NCBI GenBank assembly: GCA_051362555.1
Contig: CM120642.1
Span: 24,056,001 to 24,120,000 of the forward strand
Length of the DNA: 64,000 nucleotides
Direction: 5' to 3'
DNA from: Lingula anatina
Lineage: Eukaryota > Animalia > Brachiopoda
Shown here: piece after piece, positions 1 through 12,800 of the stretch
Layout: each line of letters begins with the position of its first letter
How positions within the stretch are numbered: the stretch's first letter is position 1
Notes under the pieces: model-generated
What the model was told of the DNA's origin: nothing
The model's input: only the letters and a program-made list of their open reading frames with translations
Database searches by the model: none
Made by a program: the position numbers and the translations under genes

Positions 1-303
1 CAAGATGTGCATTCCGAAACAGAGCCTTCCTTTTTTTCTCTTTTGTGAGCGTTATCAGGCAAACAAAACGTTTATAAACGTTGATCCAACGACCATATGA
101 AGTCCCAAGTAGCTTTTAATATAACTTAGAGTTTACCTATTAAAATAGATTGTGTGCTATATCCTACAGGTGTATGTGAAAGTAACTTTTAGGTAATACG
201 ATTAGTTAACCGTAAAAGAAATGTTCTTTATATGTCTTTTTGACGATAGCTATCAAGTTTAAAATATTTGGTATTTTTATATACTGGTGTTGACTTTTTC
301 CAG

Positions 304-3300
304 TTCTTCCAAAATTTGAGGTGACGGTGAATCTACCATCATTCATGTTGACCACGGATAAACAACTCAAGGGGAGCGTGAGCGCAAAGTAAGTTTTCAC
401 TGTGGCTTGTTTTATTCTAAGGTGGCTCTTTATAATGAATTAATTTCTAATGTGCTTTAAATGAAGCGCTGTTGACTTAACAGACAGAAGTTGTGACACG
501 TGCACTGGCTTTTTCCACTAGATTTTTATAAAAAAAATTAATCGGAAGCGACTTAAATAGAGTATACATGTAAGATGATACAGTCAGTTTTAGATATTTA
601 TATTACAATTGATATATATTTTTATTCGCCATATTGTAAGATAGAATGGTTGCATTACGAACTGCTCTTAGCAGTCCATAGTGTTTCATGGCCCATCTAA
701 AGCACTATATTGTAACTTCCAGGTACACCTATGGCAAAGCAGTGGAAGGCACAGGTGTCGTGAAGTTGAAACTTGATTACTATTCGTATAGGTACAAGGG
801 ACCGAGGGAGATCGTCAAGCATCTCACGCTGGTAAGCTCATTGGCACAAGAACGCTTTATTACATGTCAAAGTGAATTAGTTGTTCCAGTGAATTGAATG
901 AGTAAGTGTGTTAGATGCGATAGCATTTCGATGTAAATGTGTATGTTTGAGGTGACAGCTTGTTAGATGCGATAGAGAGTTGAATGTGACCATTTTTTAT
1001 GTTACAGTGTGTTGGTTGTGTTCAGCCTGTTACTGCTTAGTTGTGACAATGCGTTGTTCATTTCAATTTGTATTGTATGCACAGACATTGCAGCGTATTC
1101 AAAATTTGTCGAAAATAGAGAGAGCGGTTATTGATTTAACAGCAGACATTATACAAATGATAGTAGAACATGTTGGTCATATAACATGAACATAATTTTT
1201 ACCTGGCATAAATTAAATGAAACAGGTCGACGGGAAAGCCGACTTCACAGAGGACGTGGCGGTCTTGGAGAATATGTATCATTATGGGCTAAGCTACAGA
1301 AAGGTAATTGTGGAAGCCCAGGTGACAGAGACCCTCACTGGCATTACGCTGAATGGGACGGCAGAAACAAAGTTCCACACTACTCCATACAAGATAGAGA
1401 TACCGTCCTCCACCCCTAAGTCTTTTAAACCGGGACTTAGATACACCGGCTTTGTAAGTACTTGTAAATACATTGTCCTGTTACCGTTCACGACTTTTAA
1501 ATTAAAATTTTCTTGGCATCCAATGAGAATAATATTCAAGAAAATAGATATTATGTGATAGTCTAGTGAATCATAGAATTTGCTTTTCATATCAACAATA
1601 TTTTAATTTAAAAAGTGTAATTCTAGTGCAAATCTATGCGAACTTTGCTGGTACTTCATTTACCAGTAGCTAAATGTATAGGGCCCAAACAGCTACGCTC
1701 GCCGCGGATAACCCTATCATGCTGGTCAGTTGTGTGTTTAGGCAGTACAGCGAAACCGATGCCGTAGCCTGGTGTAAAAGGAATTTCTGTTTTAGCTGTT
1801 CAATATATCGTCCCAAGTCTTTATGAGTATTTATATTTGCGTGTATGACATCCCTTCACAATAGGCGAAAGTGAGCTTGCAAGACGGGAGACCAATTGTT
1901 GGAGCACGCCCAAAGCTTCAGATCGACGCTCGGGTTCAATATCCAGAGGTAATTCCAGATGGAGTGACTACTACCACTCCCCGCTACTACTGGGGTGTGT
2001 ACCCCCGTTACACCTACAAAAGTGAGCCCACCCAGGTACTTGAGGTACCAGATGACGGGTTTGTGCATTTCAATATGGATGTTCCAAAGAGGGCATCAGA
2101 GGTTTCATTCACAGTGAGTATAATTTAAAAGGCTTTTTCATTACTGATTGGGTTTTGCGACTTTCCTACCTGATAATGTTGTAAAACACTTTCAGTGCCA
2201 TTTAAATTCTCATTCTTCTTGAGTCGTACAATAAATAAATGAATAAACAAATAAACAGAATGCAAGAAACTCAGTGTACACACGAAGGTTTTCATCTGAA
2301 AAAAAATGGTCTTAGAATTGATCGGTAAAGATCTTAAACATGTAAAACTATATTTATTTTATAAGATTTCAGAGGAACAAATGGTGTGTTTACGCTTCGG
2401 TTAAATTGGAAAAAATCACAATGCCTTTTATATGTTGCAACGAGTGTGTATTAATATGTATGCAAATGACCACTTGTTTTGTGTCAGTGATGGTAACTTA
2501 TATCGTAGGTTAAATATGGAACCATAACACGTTACCACAGTGTTGATGCATTTAAGTCTCCAAGCGACAGCTTTCTTCAGGTCCTATTGAAAACACCATC
2601 ACCACAGGTAAGGAACTGGTTGTTTTTTAATCTCATTTACCGGGATACTGATTAGATAGTTTGGTGGTGTAAACGTACTTGATGATTATTTATCATTTGG
2701 CCAATTTCATTCAGTGCATGGGGCTTGTTCTACGCTTGCGCGCACACGTACAGCCACACACACGCACGCACACTTGAATAAAAGTAAAAAATATAATATT
2801 ATCACCACTGATAGAAAAAACATAGTTATATTCAGAACAATTACACATGCTCGATGCATTAAGTTTTATCAGTTTATGTGTATGTTCATGTACTTTCAGG
2901 CTGGAAGCAATGCTGAATTTGAAGTCAAGTCGACCGAGCAAGTGAAAGAAGTGGTCTACCAGGTTTGATAACTGTTTCTGATCTCTTGCTCTAAAAAGGC
3001 GTTTACATTCATACTAAACAGACCCCCATTTAATCCAAAAGTCTTTCATTTCTTAAGGTATATTCCTTTTAATGTGCCCCTACGGTAGTGCCTAGAAATG
3101 CATGTGATTCTGTGTGGACTTTTCGGCTTGAAATCGCTTCGTTTGATTTTTACACACTCTTCGTGTATTGGGGAATTCTACACAATCAGCGCGCCACTAC
3201 CGTGTGTGTGTGTGTGTTACGTTGAATTTTTTTTTACTGCAAAAAACAATTTTGGCTTCTAGCCCTTCACATATGAACCACCCGTGTATTTAGTAAGTGA

Positions 3301-6300
3301 TTGATTTTAAACTTTTGTTTAGAATGGCGATAAACATACATGTATTTATTTACAAAAATATGGATCAAAACTGTTCGCAGACGGTAACTTACATTAAACC
3401 TGTGACTGAAACTCTCTTGCCACAGCATCATCGTTTTAGACCATGGTCCATGTAAATACGACACTAAATTCACATTTTAACTTAATACCACACAATTGCG
3501 TATGCCTACATATGTTTTAATCTTAAAACGTTTACAGATTTTGGCTCGTGGAAACATTGTGTCAACAAAGAGAGTCACCGTGGATGCCGCCAAGCCACTC
3601 CAAGTAGCTATTACCCCAGAGATGGCGCCTAAATCTAAGATGGTCATCTACTATGTGCGTAGCGACGGTGAAGTTGTTGCAGACAGTCTTAATTTCAACG
3701 TGAAGGGAGCTTTTAAAAACCAGGTATGCTCAAAACTTGACAAACGTTTTTTTTTTTTTGGGTTTTTTGCTGTGCGGAACAGCAAATTGGTCCAAACTAT
3801 TCCACGCGCAGTCAAATCAGTTAATTAGATAGTGATTCAAGAACAGCAAGATAGCCTACAGCTGTAACCGTCTTAAGACTGAGGTATAAATTGACTTCTT
3901 TCCATAATATTCAAAAACGTCAAGAAGGTGACGATCTTTATTTAAAAGGAGCAGTAGGCATTGTAACCTTACTTTTCTTACTGCTCTGAATAGGTAAGAA
4001 TAATTTTACTATATAAATATCATCGTCAATACTTGCCGCTTTTCTAGGTCTCCCTTCAATTTGACAAAACCAAGGCAGAACCCGGCCAAAAAGTGAGCGT
4101 GTCACTGTCTGCCGATCCTGGATCGTTTGTAGGCCTCTTGGCTGTAGACCAAAGTGTGTTGCTGCTTAAATCTGGGAATGACATCACTCAAGAGGAGGTA
4201 TTTAATACATTTGATTTTTTATGGAAGTGTGGGCCTCTTTCTTAGTATTCAAAATTACGCTCATCAAACGGATAAATAATTAAAGCACAAACAATTATTG
4301 TTTTTTTACACGAGCCCCCCTTCAAATTATCCTGGATCCGCCCCTGGTACGCATATGTGTCTGGTTTTTGAGTGGCGAACATCTGTCCAGGTGTAAAATA
4401 ACCACATACAAGGGAGAATTTGAGAAAATTGGCTATTTGGTAAGCAAAGAACTATGTTTCAACTGAATCAAACAAAGACCATTCTACCATGCTTTTTTGT
4501 TAGGTATTGGGGGAATTGGATACATACGATACAAGGAAAGAGTCGTTTTATGGTTGGGGTGGACGTCCAGTCATTGGAAGAAAGAAGCGTTCGATTTGGT
4601 GGTATCCCATTCCGATAGGTGGCACTGATGCACATGACATGTTCCAGGTAAATAAAAGATTGTTATACGGTATATGCAGTGTATATGGTCAGATCTGAAA
4701 TCAGAACGGCATATGCATTATCTCAAGAACCCCTCGAACGTTATATAGTAGCGCTCCTTGATGTCATCTTTCATTTCTCTCAAGAAGCACTGATTGTTTT
4801 TCATGGACGTTAGTGTACAAGTAGACATCACCATTTTATCAGATTTTCAAAAAAGAAAAGCAATATTGTGCTTCGTTTCTGTAATCGTTTATCAATATTT
4901 TTTTCAGAACACCGGCGTCGTTGTTTTATCCGATACAATGCTTTACCAGCATAAAGAACCAATGATATGTAAGTAGCAAGCGCATTAATATAGCCTACTG
5001 TGTGCAAAACAAATGTACCCACATTCATGCCTTACAGGTGTAGGTTTAAGTTATGAAATAAAATGAGCGGGGCGCTTAAAGAGGAAGCGCTAATATTAAA
5101 AAAGATGTGTTTATTGATTTATTATCGCCCCAGTATAAACACCTGAGAAAAAAACATGCACGAATGCATGCTTATTTTGTCAACATTACTTATATTACTC
5201 GATTATTAATTATTATTAGATGAATTAGAATAAGTAGAACGTTTATTTTTCTGTCCGTCTTTTTTAGTTTTAATGCTCTGTTATATACCCAAGCTAAAAT
5301 GAATGCATTGGTATAATTACATTATTTTCAGGATATAAGGATGCTGAGTAAGAAATGTGTTTTCATACATAAAATTTCAGTTATAAAGCAACATCTCGTT
5401 TAAGATTTAAGTCATACAAATGTTACAGCGGTATAGCCGAAAAATAGAGGAAATATCAGCAGTTTTTTTTAAATGTTTTAGCATCTAATTAATATTTAGG
5501 GTAAGATATTTAAATGGGTAATAATTCTTCGTATGAGATATATATTTTACAATAAAAAAATTTGTGAACGACTCGTAGAAATATGATATATTCTGTTTTG
5601 CCACTAAAAAGGCAGTTTTAGCTTTTATTCTGATATCTGAGCTTGTCTTTAAACCACGTGACCCCCATTGATGGCTATACTCTGTTATAATCTCCTAAGA
5701 GATTATAACTAAAAAAATTGGAAAAAAAGACTAACTTTGAATGTAAAAATGGATTCAATAAACATTGGTAAGTATGGGAAAATTGCTGTTTACTCCAGGA
5801 AAATTCATTCTTTTGGCCAAAACGAAGAGTTCTTATCACTTTAAGGATGTATCCTAAGTCAAGAATAAGCTTGATAAGATAAAGACATTTTAGTGAATCA
5901 TGTAATATCTATTCCAGTGTAGGGTAACTAATTTTCAGTTCTTTTTAGATACTTGGTAATAATAGTATAATGCATTGATTACTTGTTTCTATCTCTGTCG
6001 TAACTGGGTTGGGAATTGAACGTTGTGCGTTATTAAAGAGATTTCTGTAGAAACCCAATAAAACGTTGAAGCAAAGAGATAGACATATCTTTAGGTGAAG
6101 GAACCCATTGGCATTCAATATACGGATCTGAGACTTTACTAGAATCGGAAACGGATAACATGCTGGTACTTCATACATGTAGCAAATCCGCCATGACGAA
6201 CCCCCGCAAAAGTGGATAGAGTGCAAAATGTTTTCCTGGATATTTAACCGTTCAGGATACATAATATAATATGTGTTGGTGAATGTACAACAACAGTATG

Positions 6301-8010
6301 ATTTTGATATGAATGTTTAGATCCTCCCTTGCCAATGGCGGGTGTAATGCCGAATGTCATTCCAAAGCCAAATCCCAATCCAAATCCTGGCGGCACCACC
6401 GGGACACAGCCACTGCAAGAGGTGGGGAGAATACGTAATGTCTTCCCGGAGACATGGCTTTGGCAGAATGCCAGTATCGGGTAAATTTGAAGACTGTGTC
6501 GGGTGGATAAAAAGACTCTCTACATGTAATTATTAGCTTTCAACAGAGCTTTTTGCAGTACTGCTACTGGATACTGTATTTGACAAGTACACCATATCAG
6601 CATTGTGGGGTGCAGTATAAAAATGATAAAAATATTTTGGAATTTTCAGTCTGGATGACAGTATGTCACACCAGAAAAATAGCGCAATATTTTGCACAGC
6701 TTTTGTCTGATTGCTTGAAGAACATTGCCCAATGCCCTGTCAAAATTCTCACCAGGTTTATCTATTAAACAGAGAAAGTGTTCAGTAGTCGGCGTTTTAC
6801 TAGAGCCAATCACGATGAATGTGGGGGAATAACGCCCAAGGCTGTTCAAACATACGTAAATGTACATTGTACATTGTAAGAACAGGCCCTATGGGCAATA
6901 CAGATGTGCTACAGAAAACCAGCCAATTTGATCAAACTTAATTGAGCGCCAGTCTAAAATTAGAGATGTTTTTTATCCACCTGGTTTATAATAAGCGACC
7001 AGTTTGCTGCGGATATATAGTGCGCTGCTTCTCACTACAGATCCACCATTGCCTGGATTCGGCGGCGGCGGCGGCTGGGCAGGGGGTATTATGCCGGCTG
7101 TGGCAATCAACGGAGCGGCGGGCGCGGGTGGGCCCTTGCCGGTTCCCGCTGTCACCTCCGCTCCCGTGCCTGGGAAACAGCCACTTCAAGAAGTAGAGAA
7201 AATACGTAACGTTTTCCCAGAAACGTGGCTGTGGCAGAATGCAAGCGTTGGGTAATTCAAGTCATCAGAAAAGGGGCAGTGCGTGGAGATGTTATTGGTT
7301 TTGTGATGATGTGGCGTTTTTTAGAGAGCGTGTTTTTGTGGGATTGGCTAAAGCAAGAAACCGATGATTAGTTCTACAAATAATTAATGAATAATTCACC
7401 TTCTACGCGAAAATGCTAGATAGTTGTCGGGTTTCAGATTACAAATTCGCTGATTATAAATGTTTGATTTTGTGTTGGTGGATGTGATAGACGGTAAGTA
7501 GCAGTAGTTCATAGAAACTGTGGGGCAAATGGAAAAATGTGAGTTTGACTCGAATGACGCAAAATGACTCGTGAAACCTATCTGGAAGGTCACCTATCTG
7601 GAAGGTCACCTATCTCGAAGGTCACCTATCTGGAAGGCTACAACGGAAATATAGCTCGACCATAATATTTCTTTTTCAAAGTTACTTTAGTACTATAAAA
7701 TGAAACACCCGATAGTTATAAGACAGCATATATGCACAAAATCTTACTTAAGCAACATGACCCCATTTTAGATCGATTATTGAAAGAACGCTTTATGTAA
7801 ATGTAAGAGAGAAACACACAACATGTGTTAAATGGTAGGATTTTATATGACTTTTTATCGATGAATGAAAAGATTGAAAACATGCTTAAGGACATCTCTT
7901 TACTTCTTAAAGATACAGGTAAATCCCATGTCTTCTTCTCCTAAACATATAGATAAGACTGTATAATAATAATATTAATAATAATAATAATAATAATGAT
8001 TATAATAATA

Positions 8011-8047
<37 letters not shown>

Positions 8048-9756
8048 TTATCTATAGTCTAAAATCCATATAAAATGTTCAGTAGGCTTGACATAGGTAA
8101 AATGAACAAAATAAGATTACCAAAGAAAATGAAAAGGTAGTTAAAATAATAAGATATGAACTAAAGATGTGAACTAAAATGTGATGTAATTGATGAACAG
8201 TTAGGATTTTAAGGTATTAAAAATAAATTGTTCAATTTAAAAGATAACAGTCAGTCAAATCAGTTATAAAACTTTTTGAAAATATAAAGACAATCCGAAT
8301 GAATGGGTTTTATATTGTTACCATCAACACGTGACCCCCTGATTTTTTTTTTGCAAGGTCCGTATAGAATGGAACTGTAGTTGACTATGAAAACGATAGG
8401 CCCTGGTGTTGGGAGCGCACTACTTATTTGATGTATTGTTTTGTTTTCACCATTATCATATTTTTTGAACTTGATTTAAAGAGGGGTAAACATTTAAAGC
8501 GCAGGCTTGTCTTCCACATGACCGTCTCTTACCAGTTGTTCAGCATACTGCGTTTGTTCCCTACTTAAACCTTTATGTGCTAATTGCTTAGCAAAGAGAC
8601 AGCAGGCACCATTTTATGATGGGCTTTGGTATGACCCGGCCGGGGAATGGACCCACAACCCTCTGCACTGGAGTCGAGTACTCTAGCATTTGAACCATTC
8701 GATCTAGTATAGTTAGAGTAACTGAATGTATATGTGTACAGTTTCTATTGTGAGAGGATCCTAGAGACGCCCCTTGATTTACATTATGATTTGGTAACGT
8801 GCTCGTTTTACGCGTCAGTTCATCTTGCCGCTATTGCGAAGAGAACGATGGCGGTATCGTAGGGAACCCAAAAACCATACCACGTATCCAGACCGCATTA
8901 AACGAAGAAATTGAAAATTAGTGCCTTTAAAAAGGGACCACAAAAGCGTGGAAATAGATCTGAATTCACCTTCTTCTGAATAGATATTGTGTTTCGCTAT
9001 ATTTTCAATATTATATTTACAATTATCAATGCGTGACTTCATCTCCAGACCCTGAAGTAAGACCTATGGTAGATATGCTCGGTGGTGGCGGGCTCCCAGT
9101 GCCGGCTATAGCAAAAGAAACCATAGGTCGTCCAAGTGGTTCATCCACTGGAACATCCGGTCAACAGACACTTCAGGAAGTGGACAGAATACGTAATGTT
9201 TTCCCGGAGACTTGGCTGTGGCAGAATACGAGTCTAGGGTAATACATGTATAAACTGATAGGGATAGTTAGCATATGCTTACAGCGTAGAGTAATGGTGT
9301 TGATTTCTTTTTGGCGTATGTGAGTAGGGCAAATTCCAAGCATTCACCAAAACTAAATGGAGTAGTTACATAACCAGCTAGAGCATAAGGTAAGCGATAC
9401 ATATTAGAGAGCGTCAAGTGCGATTTTCAACCCTCTATGGTCTGTAGTAAGGGGTCGTTAGTATATGTTTACATTGCGGAGTAAAGGTCTTGATTCCTTT
9501 TTGGCGTATGTGAGTAGGGCATATTCCAAGTATGTGCCAAAACTAAATGGAGTAGGTCCTTTACACCCGCAAGTGCATGAGGCAAATGATGCATGTTAGG
9601 GAGCCACGAGCGCATTTTCCAACCTAGTCCTCTGTGGTCAATAGGCCAAGATCCGCTACAAAATGTCAGTTTTGCCAGTACCAGATTTCCAGAAACAATT
9701 GGCTGTGGTTGGAATGAACATGTCTTTGATTCCAATTCTCCTTGCAGTATATAAAT

Positions 9757-9803
<47 letters not shown>

Positions 9804-12800
9804 AAAAAGGTTTCCTGGCATTAATCGCAACGCAGTTTGTTTTGTTTACGTGTTTGTTTATCATTTATGTGAGAAAACAGACCCGCCAAACCTACAATAT
9901 CGTGTGGTGAAGAATGCTCTAAAAGCATACCCAAATCACCCTTGAAAATGTTGCTTTGGCGTTTACATAACAATATACTGGTATGTATGATAATGTGCTG
10001 TTTTTGATGTATATATTTTATTTTTTTCATCATGAGTTGTACAGGTACTTTGTCAGTAAGTTTCTTTGAGATTATGTAATGTAGTTGTAAGGGATAGACC
10101 TGTTTCAAACCACCGCCAAACAACTGGGGCAGCCTAGTGCGTGGTTTATGTAACGGTTTAATATGCATACATGGCTTCGGGCATATTATATCGATGAAAG
10201 CGCTGGATATATGCCTTTCAGAATGTATGGAGTTCTTGTAGACTGTTTTCAAATCCAGCACTTCACTGACAGGATTTATTTCAATTTCAATTCACTGTAA
10301 CTTTTAACGGAAAATTGGCCTACATTGATTATTTCGTAAACAGGGCGTTATCCGTATAGACCTCCGTACCCCAGGTACAGACCAAGAGGTCCCTCTAACG
10401 GGTCTGATGGAAGAGGAAGGGGTCCTGCGGGCCCTGCTGGTCCTGCCGGCCCAAGGCCGCCAATGACGCCAAGCACACCGAAGGAGAACCCAAAAGACTT
10501 GGCAGAAGTAGAAAAAATACGAAAAGTATTCCCAGAATCATGGCTGTGGAACAATGTGACAGTTGGGTAGGACAAGGAACAAACATGTCCCATTCACCCC
10601 TAATTATCATATATTTTTAATTTTCAAATTATATGGTGCAATGCAATGGTGCATGCTATCTATCTATCCTTATATATATCACAGTGTTCATACCCAGGTA
10701 GCATATCATTAACCTCGCTAACACTCCCCATAAACTAACTTGATAGTACGTGTGAGGGTTTTACTGGTCTGTAATCTCGATGTTACCACGTTCATATTTA
10801 TGCTCATTTAAATAGACATGTAGTGAAGCAGTGGACACAAAACCAGGTACATGTAATTTATATATGTATTTATGGAACTAACAGTACTGCGGTCTACACT
10901 TTCGTTCATGCACAGATGTACAAAAGATGTTGGGTATATTGTAGTCGACATACATGTATAATTAACCAGTGATCAATTTCAGGGGGTCTTCGGGACGTAT
11001 CATACCGTTAATGATAGCTTACACATGGTGGACAACTTAAACAAACATTGTCCAATGTTTGTCATTATTTGGCACCTTGGTAGACGCATGCTCTGTCACC
11101 ATGCATATTGTCTAACAAAACCATATATTGGTTATTTATACATTTATGAAGTGAGGAGGTACAGGCCACGACCAGGAGGCTGGGGACGACGATTTCGCTT
11201 CCGCGTGAGAATGGCGCGTCCATCAATCCGACTAAAAGTAAATTCAGTCGCCAAGCCAGATGTTGCAACCACCAGGCCTAAAAACGAAGGAGCTAATCCA
11301 GAACCTCGCATCAGAAGGATCTTCCCGGAGACATGGTTGTGGAGCAACGCGACAACAGGGTAAAGAGTGGGAAAATGGAAGAACTTGCACCTGTATATAT
11401 TAGTATGCATGACATTAAGGATACCCAATACTTTGGAGAAGACTTCTAGCCTACTGTGTACAAGCATGCCTTTGTTTTTTCATGAAGCATGTGGTCAGAG
11501 ATTCTTGATCTGTTGTTTTCAGTTACTCCGACCTTCATTTGTCCTTGGTTATGAAGTGCATGGTTTCTTTTTTATGTCATTTGTCCTTGGTCATGAAATG
11601 CATGGTTTCTTTTCTATGTCAGTCTATGTAATGTTGCATGTGGCAATGTCGTTCTGAAAAATGTTTTTGACGGCGCATGTCCTAAGAAAAAACCAAATAA
11701 CACGTGCACCAAGACCTCTTACTTTGAAGCTATTTCTTTATGATTCATGATACCGATTAACATTGGGGTAAACACTTGCAGTTTCGAAGCTAACGTTTTG
11801 TGTTTAGCTAATTTAATTAGTCTTTTATTTATAATATATTCTACAAGAAAAGAAACGTTACGTCACACGTACGTCACTGCCATAAATTACGGTTAGAATT
11901 AAATGGTGTGGATATCGTCTTCAGAAATATGCTTAATTTTGGGATCATCTTGGGCTTCAGCTGAGACTCATGCTCAGTATTTCTGTCTTTCGGCAAGACC
12001 CAGGAGCTAAATCCATTATTAAGTATTTTGAAGGGGGTAGGTTGATGGTCCAACTTTCCGTATAAGACTACGTAACAATTCAAGCAATAATAAGAAAAAG
12101 CTTGTTTTGATGTCTAGGGGGAAGAGTGGCCTTTACAATAAGCCCTGTGGTGGATTTTTCGTCGGAGACTGATGGTGATTCTGATGCGGGAGATTCTGAT
12201 GATGGTGCAGTCGAGAAAAGTGATGGGGGTTTGACGGATCTTGGGGCGATCCGTTCGTTTTTCCCTGAAACGTGGCTTTGGTCCAATATATCTATTGGGT
12301 AGGCGAGATAAGAGAGTAACCTTCCTTTATAACACACGTTCGTATGCCAGTGGATCTTCACCTCTCTGTGAATGCCATACTGACGTTACCAAACTAACAA
12401 TTTTATTTTGGCGGCAAAATGGTGCAAATGAACTTATACTCAGCCGTTTGCTTTCAACTATCTTTAATATAATACCTATCTGTAAAAAGGCACCAGTTCA
12501 ACGCTTCATGAGGGGACCCGTGACAGACTAACATTTCATTCAGGGTCCGTGGAAGTTGAGTACTAGTTTTACTTCAAAGTCATTTGGATAAATCCCATTA
12601 TGGTTCCATATTTTGTGGTTAGCAGGCAGCCTTACCTTCTGGAGTTTTGGGAAACGGAAGTCGGTCGCGTTACTAACCTAAAGGCAACTCCATTGCGCAA
12701 ATACGAACAACTGCTCCTTCAAGGCTCCTACCCTAGGTTCTAGATTCCGGTATTGCCAGCTCGATCTTGATTTAACCCATATCAGCAATACCAGGCTCTA

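Noticed and set aside
5332-5347. Possible micro-exon ttttcag|gatataaggatgctga|gtaaga before the bait array
   Set aside because: Joined to the upstream phase-1 exon it creates an immediate TGA stop, and it lacks the FPETW motif.
8820-9000. Possible third decayed bait exon upstream of V3
   Set aside because: Only faint resemblance (ttcttctgaatagatattgtg); stops in the relevant frames; not distinguishable from chance by eye.
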